Positions 20,671 to 31,457 of a DNA stretch of 64,000 bases are shown piece by piece. Position numbers and translations under genes: made by a program. The stretch is from Planctomycetota bacterium (GTDB lineage: Bacteria > Planctomycetota > UBA8108 > SXIK01): assembly GCA_965223845.1 (NCBI GenBank), contig CBDCXR010000004.1, positions 1,120,001 through 1,184,000 on the forward strand. Direction: 5' to 3'. Positions within the stretch are counted from its first letter, which is position 1; the number at the start of each line of letters is the position of its first letter. The notes beneath the pieces were generated by a model. That model saw only the letters and a list, made by a program, of their open reading frames with translations. It searched no databases and was not told the origin of the DNA.

Positions 20671-21840
20671 TTGAAGGTTCACGAATTTCAAGCGAAGGAA
20701 GTCCTCGCCCGGTTCGGTGTGCCCGTCCTGAAAGGCGGCGTTGCCGAAACGGTCGACGAGGCCGTCTCGGCCGCCGAGCGACTCGGCGGCGAGGTGTGGG
20801 TCGTCAAGGCGCAGATCCACGCCGGCGGACGCGGGAAGGGCGGCGGTGTCAAGCTCTGCCGCAGCGTCGACGAGGTCCGCTCGGCGGCCGAGCAGATTCT
20901 CGGAATGACCCTCGTTACGCCGCAAACGGGACCCGCTGGCCAGCTCGTGCGGCGGGTTCTCGTCGAGACCGGATGCCGCATCGCGAACGAGTTCTACGTC
21001 GGGATCGTGCTCGACCGTGAGGTCGGGAAGCCGGTTCTGCTCGCGAGCTCGGAGGGCGGCATGGAGATCGAGGAGGTCGCCGCGAAGACTCCCGAGAAGA
21101 TTTTTCGGGAGATCATCGACCCGGTCGCCGGCCTCCAGGCGTTTCAGGGACGAAAGATCGCCCAGCGCCTAGGGCTTCGCGGTCCGTTGATTTCGAGCGG
21201 TGGACGTCTCCTCGAGGGGCTCGCTCGCGCGTACCTCGCAACGGACGCGTCGCTCGCCGAAATCAATCCCCTCGTTCAAACCGAAGACGATCAGCTCCTC
21301 GCGCTCGACGCGAAGATCAACTTCGACGACAACGGGCTCTTTCGCCATCCGGAGATCCGTGAGTATCGCGACCCCGGGGAGGAGGATCCGCAAGAGACGC
21401 GGGCGAGCGAGTTCCACCTGAGCTACATCAAGCTCGACGGCACGATCGGCTGCATGGTGAACGGTGCCGGGTTGGCGATGGCGACGCTCGACATCATTCA
21501 GCACGCCGGCGGTCAGCCCGCAAATTTCCTCGACGTCGGGGGCGGCGCGTCGACCGAGAAAGTGACGGAGGCGTTCAAAATCATCCTCGACGATCCGTCG
21601 GTGAAGGCGATTTTGGTGAACATCTTCGGCGGGATCATGAAATGCGACGTGATCGCCGCCGGAATCCTCGCCGCAGCCGAAGCGGTCGGCCTCAGCGTCC
21701 CTCTCGTCGTCCGCCTCGAAGGAACGAACGTGAAGGAAGGTATGAAGCTCCTCGAAGAGTCCGATCTCGCGACCATCCTCGCCGATTCGCTCTCCGATGC
21801 GGCTGAAAAGGCCGTCCGCGCGGCGGGAGGTGCAGCATGA
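20671..21840 (+). CDS. sucC: Succinyl-CoA synthetase beta subunit
   Basis: TTG start giving KVHEFQAKE; [36 protein letters not shown] motifs. Confidence 0.97.
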   Translation: MKVHEFQAKEVLARFGVPVLKGGVAETVDEAVSAAERLGGEVWVVKAQIHAGGRGKGGGVKLCRSVDEVRSAAEQILGMTLVTPQTGPAGQLVRRVLVETGCRIANEFYVGIVLDREVGKPVLLASSEGGMEIEEVAAKTPEKIFREIIDPVAGLQAFQGRKIAQRLGLRGPLISSGGRLLEGLARAYLATDASLAEINPLVQTEDDQLLALDAKINFDDNGLFRHPEIREYRDPGEEDPQETRASEFHLSYIKLDGTIGCMVNGAGLAMATLDIIQHAGGQPANFLDVGGGASTEKVTEAFKIILDDPSVKAILVNIFGGIMKCDVIAAGILAAAEAVGLSVPLVVRLEGTNVKEGMKLLEESDLATILADSLSDAAEKAVRAAGGAA

Positions 21841-22709
21841 GCGTCCTCGTCGACAAGAATACGCGCCTCCTCGTCCAGGGACTCACCGGTCGCACGGGAA
21901 CCTTTCACACTCGGCAGGCCGTCGAGTACGGAACGAACGTCGTCGCCGGCGTGACCCCGGGCCGCGGCGGCGCCGACGTGGACGGAATTCCGGTGTTCGA
22001 CACCGTCGCGGAGGCGGTGGCGGAGACGGGCGCGAACGCGTCGGTGATCTACGTCCCGCCGGCGTTCGCCGCCGACGCGATTCTGGAGTCCGCGGCGGAG
22101 GAGCTCCCGCTCGTCGTCTGTATCACCGAAGGGATTCCGGCGCTCGACATGTCCCGCGTCGCCGGAGCACTGCGCGGCGGGCCGACGCGTCTCATCGGTC
22201 CGAACTGCCCGGGGATCATCACTCCGGGGGAGTGCAAGATCGGGATCATGCCGGGTTACATTCATCGGCCCGGACGCATCGGGGTGATCTCGCGGAGCGG
22301 CACTCTCACCTACGAAGCGGTCTTTCAGCTCAGCGCGCTCGATCTCGGACAATCGACCTGCATCGGCATCGGCGGCGATCCTATCGTCGGAACGACGTTC
22401 GTCGACGCTCTTCGACTCTTCGAAGCCGATTCCGCCACCGCCGGCGTCGTCATGATCGGAGAGATCGGTGGGACGGCGGAGGAGGAGGCGGCGGAGTACA
22501 TCCGCGGAGAGATGTCGACTCCCGTTGCGGCGTTCATCGCCGGAAAGAGCGCTCCTCCCGGAAAGCGCATGGGCCACGCGGGCGCGATCATCGCGGGTGG
22601 CAAGGGAACGGCGGACGAGAAGATCCGTGCACTCGAAGCCGCGGGGTGCGCGGTCGCCGAGACTCCCGACCGCATGGGTGCGTGCATGGTCGAGATGCTC
22701 GGCGACTAA
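21837..22709 (+). CDS. sucD: Succinyl-CoA synthetase alpha subunit
   Basis: [22 protein letters not shown] phospho-His motif. Confidence 0.97.
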   Translation: MSVLVDKNTRLLVQGLTGRTGTFHTRQAVEYGTNVVAGVTPGRGGADVDGIPVFDTVAEAVAETGANASVIYVPPAFAADAILESAAEELPLVVCITEGIPALDMSRVAGALRGGPTRLIGPNCPGIITPGECKIGIMPGYIHRPGRIGVISRSGTLTYEAVFQLSALDLGQSTCIGIGGDPIVGTTFVDALRLFEADSATAGVVMIGEIGGTAEEEAAEYIRGEMSTPVAAFIAGKSAPPGKRMGHAGAIIAGGKGTADEKIRALEAAGCAVAETPDRMGACMVEMLGD

Positions 22710-22796
22710 CCGGAGCTCGTCCGACGAGCGAAGGTCCGGGTTCCCCAGCCGATCGACAACGCGTGAGTGAGCGGTCGAGACGTCGAGCTGACGAAT

Positions 22797-23453
22797 CTAA
22801 CGACGGCGAGTCGACGAGGGTCTCGCCCGAGTGCCCGTCGTTCGTCGGCTCGTTCGTTTCGCCGGAGCCTTTTTCTTCTTGGCCGGCTTTTTCTTCTTCG
22901 CCGCGCGAGACGGTTTCTTCTTCGCCGGCGGATCGGAGAGATTCGCGGCCGCGATCGGGTCGCGGTGCCGTATCGCGTCCGGTCCCGTGAGCAGTGATTC
23001 GAAATCGCGGAAGAACCGGCGATTCGGATTCTTGACTCGGGCGTGGTGGAGAAGGAAGTGGATCATCCGGATCGTCTCGAGCGACGCGTGAGGGATCGAG
23101 TAGGCGATCTCCACCGCGACGCGCTGCGATTCGCGGAGAGCTTCGAGGTACGCTTTCTCCTCGCGCGTCACGCGCATCTGGACGTCGCCCTCGGGATCCC
23201 CGCTCTCGCGGAGGATGCGGCGGCGATGCTCGTGCCCCTGGTACGGATACGGGAGCGACTCGTCGAGAAGGTACTCGACGCTGACGCCGAGCTCGCCCGC
23301 GATGTTCCAAAGGACGTTCGCACGAGGCGAGTTGATTCCCGCCTCGATCTTTGAGAGCGCACTCGCGGTGATGTCGCAGAGCTGCGCGAGTCGCTGCTGC
23401 GTGAGGCCGCGATCGCGGCGCAGATTGAGGATCTTTCGTCCGAGCTCCATCAC
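22797..23453 (-). CDS. XRE-family HTH transcriptional regulator with Lys/Arg-rich C-terminal tail
   Basis: LRRDRGLTQQRLAQLCDITASALSKIEAG HTH; tail PPAKKKPSRAAKKKKPAKKKKAPAK. Confidence 0.85.
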   Translation of the reverse strand: MMELGRKILNLRRDRGLTQQRLAQLCDITASALSKIEAGINSPRANVLWNIAGELGVSVEYLLDESLPYPYQGHEHRRRILRESGDPEGDVQMRVTREEKAYLEALRESQRVAVEIAYSIPHASLETIRMIHFLLHHARVKNPNRRFFRDFESLLTGPDAIRHRDPIAAANLSDPPAKKKPSRAAKKKKPAKKKKAPAKRTSRRTTGTRARPSSTRRR

Positions 23454-24040
23454 GTACTCTTCCGGCGCTGACTCTTCTGGCCCGTTCCCTTCTTCTCGAC
23501 GGTCTCGCCCCTACGTCCGGGCACCCACCCAGCCGGTGATCCCCGTAGCTCGCGCTGCGGGATCACCCTGCTCGTCTACCCCGCTCTTCTACCCCGCCCC
23601 GGTGCCATCGATCGACCGTCTCCTCTCTTCAATTCGCCGGCCGTTTACGTCATGCTCTCTCGACCGTCCGCGACCCCGGAGCAACGGACTCGCAACCGGA
23701 ATCCCGGACGAACGCGGCCCGGAGCAGGCGGCGAAACCGATGCCCCTTACGTTCCCGGACGAGCCCTTACGTTTCCGGACGCGACCGCGGCCCATGATCG
23801 GCTCCGCGACAGTCTCCGGCGCGGGTCGGTCCCACGGCTCGGGCATGACCAAACTCGACTCAGGCGAAAGGTTTTTCCTATTCTCAAGTGGACCACGATC
23901 GACGCAAGCAAAAACGACGCCTACGGCTCGGGGGCGTTTCGTGCGGATCCGACGCGTCGCCGAGCGAGCGTGAAGAACTCCGCGACTCGATCGAAACTAG
24001 AGTGTCCCAGCGTCGAAGCCGGTGAGAGGTGAGGCTTAGA

Positions 24041-25072
24041 GTGAGCGATCCCTTGAATTCCGTGGTGACCGCCGCCGGAGAGCCGGCGCGCGATGCCGTG
24101 CGGGCGGTCGCGAACGAGCTCGCCGCCGTCTCGAAGCTCGCCGTCGCGGCACACCTCTCCCCCGACGGGGATGCGCTCGGCTCGATGGCCGCGCTCGTCC
24201 TCGGGTTGCGTGCTCTCGGGAAGGACGCGCGGGCTTTCACGGCCGATGCCGTCTCGTCGCGCTACGCCGAACTGCTTCCGGACGGCGTCGTCGAGTCTTG
24301 CCTTCCCCGTGACGCGCGTCGCGGGTTAAAGGACCGAGACCTGTTCGTTGTCCTCGACACGAGCGAGCCCGAGCGGCTCGGGCACTACACGGAGTCCTTC
24401 TACGGGTCGAGCGCGCGTCGCGTGTGTATCGATCATCATCGCGTGCACTCGCTCGGCCGGCACGATCTCGAGCTCATCGTCCCCGACTCCCCGTCGACGG
24501 GGTCGCTCGTCCTCGCCGTGCTCGACGAGCTCGGCGTCGAGATCGACAGCGCGATCGCGCGCTCACTCTGGCTCGCGATCTCGACCGACACGGGGTGGTT
24601 TCGCTTCTCGAACACCGGTCCGTGGGCATTCTCCGACGCGGCGCGGCTCGTTCCGCTCATCGGTTCGGTCGAAGAGGCCTACGACTCGCTCTACTGCTGC
24701 CTCAGCCGGGATCAGGCGCGGGTGTTCGGTCAGGTGCTGGCGGGCGTCGAAACGGATTTCGAGGGTACATTCGCCTGGTCGATTCTCTCTCCCGCGGTTC
24801 GGGGCAGCGTGTCGCTCGCGGAGCTCGACGGCGTGATCGACACGCTCAAGTCCGTCCAGGGGGCGGACTACATCGCCCTCATCACGGAGACCGCACCGGA
24901 GAGCTACAAGGTTAGTCTACGTGCCCGCGGCGAGGCGGAAGTCGAGAGCATCGCGCGTCGATTCGGCGGCGGCGGGCACGCGAAGGCGGCCGGGTGCCGG
25001 TTGGCCGGCTCGCTCGAATCGGTGATCGAGCGCATCCGCGCCGCCATCGGCGAGCAGATCGGGCCGCGGTGA
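24041..25072 (+). CDS. nrnA: DHH/DHHA1 phosphoesterase (NrnA-like nanoRNase / pAp phosphatase)
   Basis: HLSPDGDALGS, IDHH, TDTGWF, GGGGHAKAAG motifs. Confidence 0.88.
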   Translation: MSDPLNSVVTAAGEPARDAVRAVANELAAVSKLAVAAHLSPDGDALGSMAALVLGLRALGKDARAFTADAVSSRYAELLPDGVVESCLPRDARRGLKDRDLFVVLDTSEPERLGHYTESFYGSSARRVCIDHHRVHSLGRHDLELIVPDSPSTGSLVLAVLDELGVEIDSAIARSLWLAISTDTGWFRFSNTGPWAFSDAARLVPLIGSVEEAYDSLYCCLSRDQARVFGQVLAGVETDFEGTFAWSILSPAVRGSVSLAELDGVIDTLKSVQGADYIALITETAPESYKVSLRARGEAEVESIARRFGGGGHAKAAGCRLAGSLESVIERIRAAIGEQIGPR

Positions 25073-25275
25073 TTCGCCACGGGACGAGTTCGCACTTCGC
25101 ACGGCGATAGTCTCTGGCGGATCCCTCGGGTTGCGATAGACTTCTCGTTTGCGTTCGGTGGCGGGCGACGATTCGGTGCACTTCGTCGACCGAGCCGAGC
25201 GACGGGAGAGCGCTCTCTGCTCTCGAGCCACTAGCTGCCGCCGAACCATCACCCGAACTGACTCCGATCCTCTCG

Positions 25276-26748
25276 ATGCGTCCCCTCAAGGTCCTTCCTT
25301 CCACCGCTCCGAGCTCCGCCCCGGCCGCGCGTCCGCGCCTCCCGGCCGCCGGCGCCTATCTGGGTTCGTTTCTCGACGCGGAGCTCGAGGCGGAAGCGCT
25401 CGCGGCCGCGCCCGATCGACGGGTCTACTTCGAGGTGTTCGGATGCCAGATGAACAAGCTCGACGCCGAGCTGATGATGAGCATCCTCTACGACGAGGGG
25501 TACCGGCTCACGAATCGTCTCGAGGACGCCGGAGTCGTTCTCTACAACACCTGCGCAATCCGCGAGCAGGCGGAGAACCGCGTCTTCTCGAAGGTCGGCT
25601 CGCTGCGCGCGCTCAAGCGGCGAAAGCCGGAGCTCGTCATCGGCGTGCTGGGCTGCAGCGCGCAGAATCACCGCGAGGCGATCCTCTCGCGCTACCCGCA
25701 AGTCGGCATCGTCTGCGGACCCGGTGAGTTCTTGCGCCTGCCGGAGTTGATCGATTCCGCCCGGCGCGGCGAGCGCGTCGCCGCGCTCGACCTCGACACC
25801 GAAGTGTCGTTCCAGCGGACGCGCAACCACGGACCGAATCCGTTCCAGGCCTACGTATCCGTGATGCGAGGCTGCGATCAGGCCTGCACGTTTTGTGTCG
25901 TCCCGTCGACGCGCGGGAAGGAGGTCAGCCGGCCCGTGCGTGAGATCGTCGACGAAGCCCGCGCCCTCGTCGATGACGGTGTGCGCGAGATCGTCCTTCT
26001 CGGGCAAACCGTCAACTCGTACGGAAAACGACTCGCGAAGCAGCGCCAGATCGGACTCCACCATGTCCTTCACGAGCTGAACCGAATCTCCGGACTCGAG
26101 CGGATCAATTTCATCACGTCGCACCCGCGCTTCATGTTCCCCGAGCTGATCGCGGCGATGGCCGATTTGGAGAAGGTGACCGAGTATCTCCACTTGCCCG
26201 TGCAGTCCGGTTCGGACGCCTGCCTCAAGCGGATGCTGCGAACGTACACCGTCGACGAGTACCGCCGCGTCGTCGATGCGTGTCGCGAGCGGATCCCCGA
26301 CCTCGGACTGGCGACGGACGTGATCGTCGGATTCTGCGGGGAGACCGACGACGAGTTCGCGGCGACGCTGCGACTCGTCGAGGAGACGCGGTACCAGGGG
26401 GCGTTCGTGTTCAAGTACTCGGAGCGAAGCGGTACGCGCGCAGCGAACGTCTACGCGGACGACGTTCCGGAGGACGTGAAGCGCGAGCGCAATCAACGAG
26501 TTCTCGAGACGGTCGAGCGCATCGCGCGCGAGATGTACGCCGAGCGAGTGGGGCGGGTCGAGAATGTCCTCGTCGAGGGAGTGAGCAAGCTCGACGCCTC
26601 GCGCCTCACGGGACGGAATCGCCGCCACCAGATCGTCGTCTTTCCGGGTTCCGAGGCCGACGGTCTCGTCGGCAAGATCGTCCCGGTCCGCATCAGCGAC
26701 TCGACCCACGTCGTTCTCGTCGGAGAGCGCGCGGGCGAGGCGCGCTGA
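25276..26748 (+). CDS. miaB: tRNA-2-methylthio-N6-dimethylallyladenosine synthase
   Basis: FGCQMN, NTCAIRE, radical SAM CDQACTFC, C-terminal TRAM domain. Confidence 0.93.
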   Translation: MRPLKVLPSTAPSSAPAARPRLPAAGAYLGSFLDAELEAEALAAAPDRRVYFEVFGCQMNKLDAELMMSILYDEGYRLTNRLEDAGVVLYNTCAIREQAENRVFSKVGSLRALKRRKPELVIGVLGCSAQNHREAILSRYPQVGIVCGPGEFLRLPELIDSARRGERVAALDLDTEVSFQRTRNHGPNPFQAYVSVMRGCDQACTFCVVPSTRGKEVSRPVREIVDEARALVDDGVREIVLLGQTVNSYGKRLAKQRQIGLHHVLHELNRISGLERINFITSHPRFMFPELIAAMADLEKVTEYLHLPVQSGSDACLKRMLRTYTVDEYRRVVDACRERIPDLGLATDVIVGFCGETDDEFAATLRLVEETRYQGAFVFKYSERSGTRAANVYADDVPEDVKRERNQRVLETVERIAREMYAERVGRVENVLVEGVSKLDASRLTGRNRRHQIVVFPGSEADGLVGKIVPVRISDSTHVVLVGERAGEAR

Positions 26749-26756
26749 GGCCTACG

Positions 26757-27869
26757 GTGGCTCGGCTGCCGGCGCCGAAGTCGGAGTTCATGCACCGAGC
26801 GCTCGTGCTCGCGCAGCGAGGCCGCGACGCCGTTTCGCCGAATCCCATGGTGGGAGCGGTGATCGTTCGCGGCGGACGGATCGTCGGCGAGGGGTATCAC
26901 CGGCGGTGCGGCGGCGCCCACGCAGAGGCGAACGCGCTCCGGGCGGCGGGGAGCGCTCGCGGGGCGGATGTGTACGTATCGCTCGAGCCGTGCGCTCACC
27001 ACGGCCGCACGCCGCCGTGTGCCGAAGCACTCGCGCGCGCGAAGGTCCGGCGGGTCATCTACGCGGTCGGGGACCCGAATCCGAAGACGCGGGGGCGAGG
27101 GGCGCGAGTCCTCCGGGCCGCCGGGATCGCGGTCGAATCGGGCCTTCTTCGCGAAGAGGCGGCCGCGCTCAACCGGCCGTTCTTCCATTGGATTCGAACG
27201 GGAAGACCGTGGGTGATTCTCAAGTGGGCGATGACGCTCGACGGAAAGACCGCGACCGCGGGCGGTGAATCTCAGTGGATCACGGGACCGGCGGCTCGCA
27301 CTGCCGCACACGCGCTTCGGCGGCGAGCCGACGCGGTGGTGGTCGGAACGCAGACGGCGCTCGCGGACGACCCACGCCTCGATCCGAGACCCGCCCGGGG
27401 GCGTCCGCCGGTGCGGATCATTCTCGACCGGCGAGGGCGTCTTCCGTACCGGCTTCGCCTCCTCGGACCGGCGGGAGAGCGAGCCGGCGACGGAGAGCGG
27501 GTCTACGCGACGACCTCGCGCGTCGCGGCGCGGCGGCGCGCGCGCCTCGAGAAGAACGGCGTCGAAGTCCTCGTCGTCCCCGAGCGGGGCGGACTCCTCC
27601 GTCTCGACGTCCTTCTCGATCGCCTCGGCGAGCGGGGGATCGCGCAGCTCCTCGTCGAGGGGGGGAGCGAGCTCCTCGGCGAGTGCCTCGCGAGCGGCGT
27701 CGCCAACGAAGTCGCCGCGTTTGTCGCACCGAGACTCGCGGGGGGCGCGACGGCGCCGGGAGCGCTGGCGGGACCGGGGATTCTCAAGCTCGCCGAAACT
27801 CCGCGCCTCGAGTCGCCGAAGGTGCGGCGTCTCGGCGAGGACGTGCTGATCACGGGAGTGATCGCCTAG
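26757..27869 (+). CDS. ribD: Riboflavin biosynthesis deaminase/reductase
   Basis: PNPMVGAV, HAE, LEPCAHHGRTPPC, KWAMTLDGK, LLVEGG motifs; start GTG 26757 or ATG 26790. Confidence 0.95.
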   Translation: MARLPAPKSEFMHRALVLAQRGRDAVSPNPMVGAVIVRGGRIVGEGYHRRCGGAHAEANALRAAGSARGADVYVSLEPCAHHGRTPPCAEALARAKVRRVIYAVGDPNPKTRGRGARVLRAAGIAVESGLLREEAAALNRPFFHWIRTGRPWVILKWAMTLDGKTATAGGESQWITGPAARTAAHALRRRADAVVVGTQTALADDPRLDPRPARGRPPVRIILDRRGRLPYRLRLLGPAGERAGDGERVYATTSRVAARRRARLEKNGVEVLVVPERGGLLRLDVLLDRLGERGIAQLLVEGGSELLGECLASGVANEVAAFVAPRLAGGATAPGALAGPGILKLAETPRLESPKVRRLGEDVLITGVIA

Positions 27870-28080
27870 TCCGCCCGATTCTCGGGATCCCCGTCCACGG
27901 TCCGCGGACCGGGTCCCCCGATAACCCGACTCGGCCCCCTCGCACGGGGTCGAAGCACGTCCCCGATGCTACTCTTCTCGAGGACGGCACCCTCGCCGCG
28001 AGCGCGGGTCTTCGAGTTGCGTCCCCGTTTCCGCGTTCGTCCCACCGCGCACCGCACTCGAACCTCCGTCTCTTTGCCGG

Positions 28081-30084
28081 ATGCCCGCCGCTCTTCCCCC
28101 TAGCGTCTCCCGTCTTTCCACCGCCATCGTGGGGGCACTCGCGCTCCTCACCTCGGCCGGTTGCGCGGGACGGGCGGAGTTCGCGCGCGGGCTGGCGTTC
28201 TTCGATCGCGGAGAGTACCGCTCGGCGTACCGCGAGTTTTGGGAGGCCTACCGCCTCCGCCCGGTGGACCACCACTACGACGCGTGCCGCCGCGCAGCGG
28301 CGCGAGTGGCCGCAGAGCTCGTCTTGGACGCGCGTGAGTTCGAGGCTCGCGGGAAGATCGACGCGGCCGTTCGCAGTTACGCGCTCGCGTTCGAGTACGA
28401 CGATCGCTCCGGCATCATCCGCGATGGCCTCGCGCGCGTTCGCTGGCAGGCGGAAGAGCTCGCGCGGCTCCGCTGGGATGCGGAATCGGCACCGCGCGGA
28501 ACGTGGGGAGAGTTCGATCGCTGCCTGAGGCTCATGGAATCACCCTTCGCCGACGAGACGACTCGTTCGCGCGCGGCGACCCGCGCGCGAGAGATCGCCC
28601 ACGAACTCGCTCGGAAGCTGAGGGATGTCAGGATTCCTGCGGACGCGGCGCCAGCGGAGATCGCTCGGGGACGCCTCGCCTGGACGGCGTTCGCGCACGA
28701 ATGTCGCCTCCGCGTCTGGGCCGCTCCGGACCGGCGAGCCGAACACGAACCCTGGTTCGAGCTCGTTCGGCGCGAAGAAGAGATTCACTCGATTCTGTCG
28801 CCCCTCATCGACGAGGCGGACGGAGAGGTGAAGAGACTCGATCGGATGCTGGCTGCGCGCGCGTGCCTCGCCGAATCAGAGAGATCGTTCGGCGACGGAG
28901 AGTACGTCGCGGCTCTTCGCGAGTCTCGTCGTGCGCGCTTGCTCTGTCCGGCAGTTCCCGGCGGCACGGATCTCGAGAAGCGCTGCCGCGAGGCGATGCG
29001 ACGCCCCGATGAGTCGACGACTGTCGAGGGCACCATTCCGTCGAGCGTCTCCAACGCCGGCGCATTCGACCTCGCGGACGCGGAGCAACCGGAGTGGCTT
29101 TCGCTCTCGCGGCGCACGGCTCTTCGGGTGCTCGAGCTGCGGCGGTCGAGCGCCGAATCGTCGCGAGTCGCGGAGTCTCTTCTCGCGGAGCTCCACGCGT
29201 GGGTCGAGCCGCGGTTCCGAGTCGAGCTTCCGCGTCTCTCTCGGGCCGCGAGAGATCTCCAGCGCGATCTCTGGGGACTGGACGAGTGGACGTTCACGAG
29301 GGTTCGGAGCGTGCTCGCCGCCGCCACCGAGACCTGGGACGACACCGCAACGAGCGATCGTCTCCGCCTCGAGGACCTCGAGTTCAGCGTCGTCGTCCGT
29401 CCGCCGGCGCCCGGTCTAGAGATCGCTCGATTCGTCGACGAGCTCAAGCTGGTGACGAACCCTGAATTCCAGGCGATCGCCGCCGATCTCGAGGCGGCGC
29501 GGGCCGAGTTGGCCGACGCGCGCGAGTCTCTCGGCGGGGCCGCGGCTCCGGGCGTGGAGCTCGCGGTGGAGGTCGCGAAGCTCGCCGAGTGGCGCGTGAG
29601 TCAGCTCGAGAAGGTCGCGGCGGGTCTCAAGGAGGCCGTCGCCGACGTTCGCTGGGAGGAGAGCTCCTACGAGACGAGCGACGTCGAGCTCCTCGCGGTT
29701 CTCGCGGGACGACTCGTCGGCGACGACGACGCGACGGGAGGCGAGTGGATCTCGGTCGAATCGACCTTCGTCGACCGCGAAAGCGCAGCGACGAGCGAGT
29801 TCGGGATTCCGGGGGACGCGCGCGAGCTTCCCACACGCGGCGAGATGGCGCTAGGACTGGCGTCGGCCCTCCGCCGAAAGATCTCCCGCCGCCTCGGCGA
29901 GATGCGGCGGGAGCGGCTCGAAGCGCTGCTCGCGCGCGGAGAGGAGTGCCTCGAGACGGGAAGGAGCGACGCCGCGGCGGAGGCGTTCGCGCGCGTCTAC
30001 CTCGGATCGCGGGCCGCGGACTCGCGCGCGGAGCGGCTTCGGAGACGGGCTGGGGCGAGGCTCTTCGAGATTCTCGACGACTGA
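28081..30084 (+). CDS. Hypothetical lipoprotein (TPR-like and coiled-coil)
   Basis: Lipobox-like SAGC; helical repeats; heptad stretch near IAADLEAARAELADARE. Confidence 0.6.
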   Translation: MPAALPPSVSRLSTAIVGALALLTSAGCAGRAEFARGLAFFDRGEYRSAYREFWEAYRLRPVDHHYDACRRAAARVAAELVLDAREFEARGKIDAAVRSYALAFEYDDRSGIIRDGLARVRWQAEELARLRWDAESAPRGTWGEFDRCLRLMESPFADETTRSRAATRAREIAHELARKLRDVRIPADAAPAEIARGRLAWTAFAHECRLRVWAAPDRRAEHEPWFELVRREEEIHSILSPLIDEADGEVKRLDRMLAARACLAESERSFGDGEYVAALRESRRARLLCPAVPGGTDLEKRCREAMRRPDESTTVEGTIPSSVSNAGAFDLADAEQPEWLSLSRRTALRVLELRRSSAESSRVAESLLAELHAWVEPRFRVELPRLSRAARDLQRDLWGLDEWTFTRVRSVLAAATETWDDTATSDRLRLEDLEFSVVVRPPAPGLEIARFVDELKLVTNPEFQAIAADLEAARAELADARESLGGAAAPGVELAVEVAKLAEWRVSQLEKVAAGLKEAVADVRWEESSYETSDVELLAVLAGRLVGDDDATGGEWISVESTFVDRESAATSEFGIPGDARELPTRGEMALGLASALRRKISRRLGEMRRERLEALLARGEECLETGRSDAAAEAFARVYLGSRAADSRAERLRRRAGARLFEILDD

Positions 30085-30420
30085 GGCACCTCGGGCGGCC
30101 ACCCGAGAGCGGCGCCTAGCGGGGCCTCCCGGCGCTGGTCCCGCTCGAGCTCCGCGAATCGCCGGGGCGGGCGACGGCGATTCGCCCGCCCGGGGGGATT
30201 CGCTCTTTTTTCGCGAATCCGGCGCGACCCGCGCATCCTCCCCTGAAGTCGCCGTTCTCCCGATCCCGGGACGAGCCGCGTTCGTCCCCCCGGGGAGCGG
30301 GCGCCAACGCGACCGGAGCCTAGATACCGAACGGCGCGAGCGTCCCGATCGTCGGGCCGCGGCGCGCGCCCCAGCCGCGCGGCTCTGAGGGACTTCCGCC
30401 GGCTTCCGTGGAGGATTCGC

Positions 30421-31371
30421 ATGATCGAAGTCGAGAGTATCGTCAAGCGCTACGGGGCGACCGTGGCGGTCAACAATGTCTCCTTCAGCGTGAAGGAGGG
30501 GGAAATCCTCGGATTCCTCGGGCCGAACGGCGCCGGGAAGTCGACGACGATCAAGATCCTCACGTGCTTTATCGTCGCGGATTCGGGGCGGGTGACGGTG
30601 GCCGGGCACGACGTCCTCGAGGACTCGTTTGCCGTTCGCCGCAGCGTCGGCTACTTGCCCGAGAGCACGGCGGTGTATTCCGACATGCGCGTGCTCGAAT
30701 ACCTGAAGTTCGTCGCCCGAGCGCGACAGATTCCCGCGGGGCAGGTTCAGTCGTCGATCGACCGCGTCGTCGCTCAGCTCGAGATCGAGCGGATGCTGAA
30801 GAAGAACATCAGCCATCTCTCGAAGGGATACCGCCAGCGCGTCGGTCTCGCCCAGGCGATGATCCACGATCCGCCGATCCTCATCCTCGACGAGCCGACG
30901 AGCGGACTCGACCCGCACCAGATTGTCGAGATTCGCGAGCTGCTCCGAAAACTCGGACGATCGAAGGTCATTCTCTTCAGCTCCCACATCCTCCAAGAGA
31001 TCTCGGCGATCTGCTCGCGGATCATGGTGATCAAGGACGGAACCCTGGTCGCGGACGGTTCACCGGATGAGCTCCAGGCGCAGTCGACCGGAGAAGTCGT
31101 GCGGGTGAAGATCGCCGGACCGGAGGACGCGGTCGTCGGCACGCTCAAAGACCTCGCGGGTGTCGACTCGGTCGAGGTGCTCGGACACGTTGGCGACGTG
31201 CTCGATGTGCGCGTGCGAGCGGGAGCGGGCGCGGGGGCGGCGGCCGCGATCTCGGATGCCGCTACGGGAAAGAACTGGCCCCTGTCGGCGCTCGTCCCGG
31301 AGATGCGGAGCCTCGAGGAGGTCTATCTTCAGCTGACGGCTAGCGATGGAGCGCAGCGTGGCGCAGCGTGA
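30421..31371 (+). CDS. ABC transporter ATP-binding protein (GldA-like)
   Basis: GPNGAGKST, signature LSKGYRQR, ILDEPT, SSHIL. Confidence 0.93.
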   Translation: MIEVESIVKRYGATVAVNNVSFSVKEGEILGFLGPNGAGKSTTIKILTCFIVADSGRVTVAGHDVLEDSFAVRRSVGYLPESTAVYSDMRVLEYLKFVARARQIPAGQVQSSIDRVVAQLEIERMLKKNISHLSKGYRQRVGLAQAMIHDPPILILDEPTSGLDPHQIVEIRELLRKLGRSKVILFSSHILQEISAICSRIMVIKDGTLVADGSPDELQAQSTGEVVRVKIAGPEDAVVGTLKDLAGVDSVEVLGHVGDVLDVRVRAGAGAGAAAAISDAATGKNWPLSALVPEMRSLEEVYLQLTASDGAQRGAA

Positions 31372-31457
31372 ACGCGCGCGAGCGGTCGCTCATCCTGAAT
31401 TGAACCGATCTTGCCTTCTGCTCCGCTGTAGGAGGGCGAAGGCCAAGGAGATACTCA

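Noticed and set aside
12729-27869. Lysine riboswitch before dapA or FMN riboswitch before ribD
   Set aside because: Upstream gaps are too short (about 80 bp and 8 bp) and lack the consensus motifs
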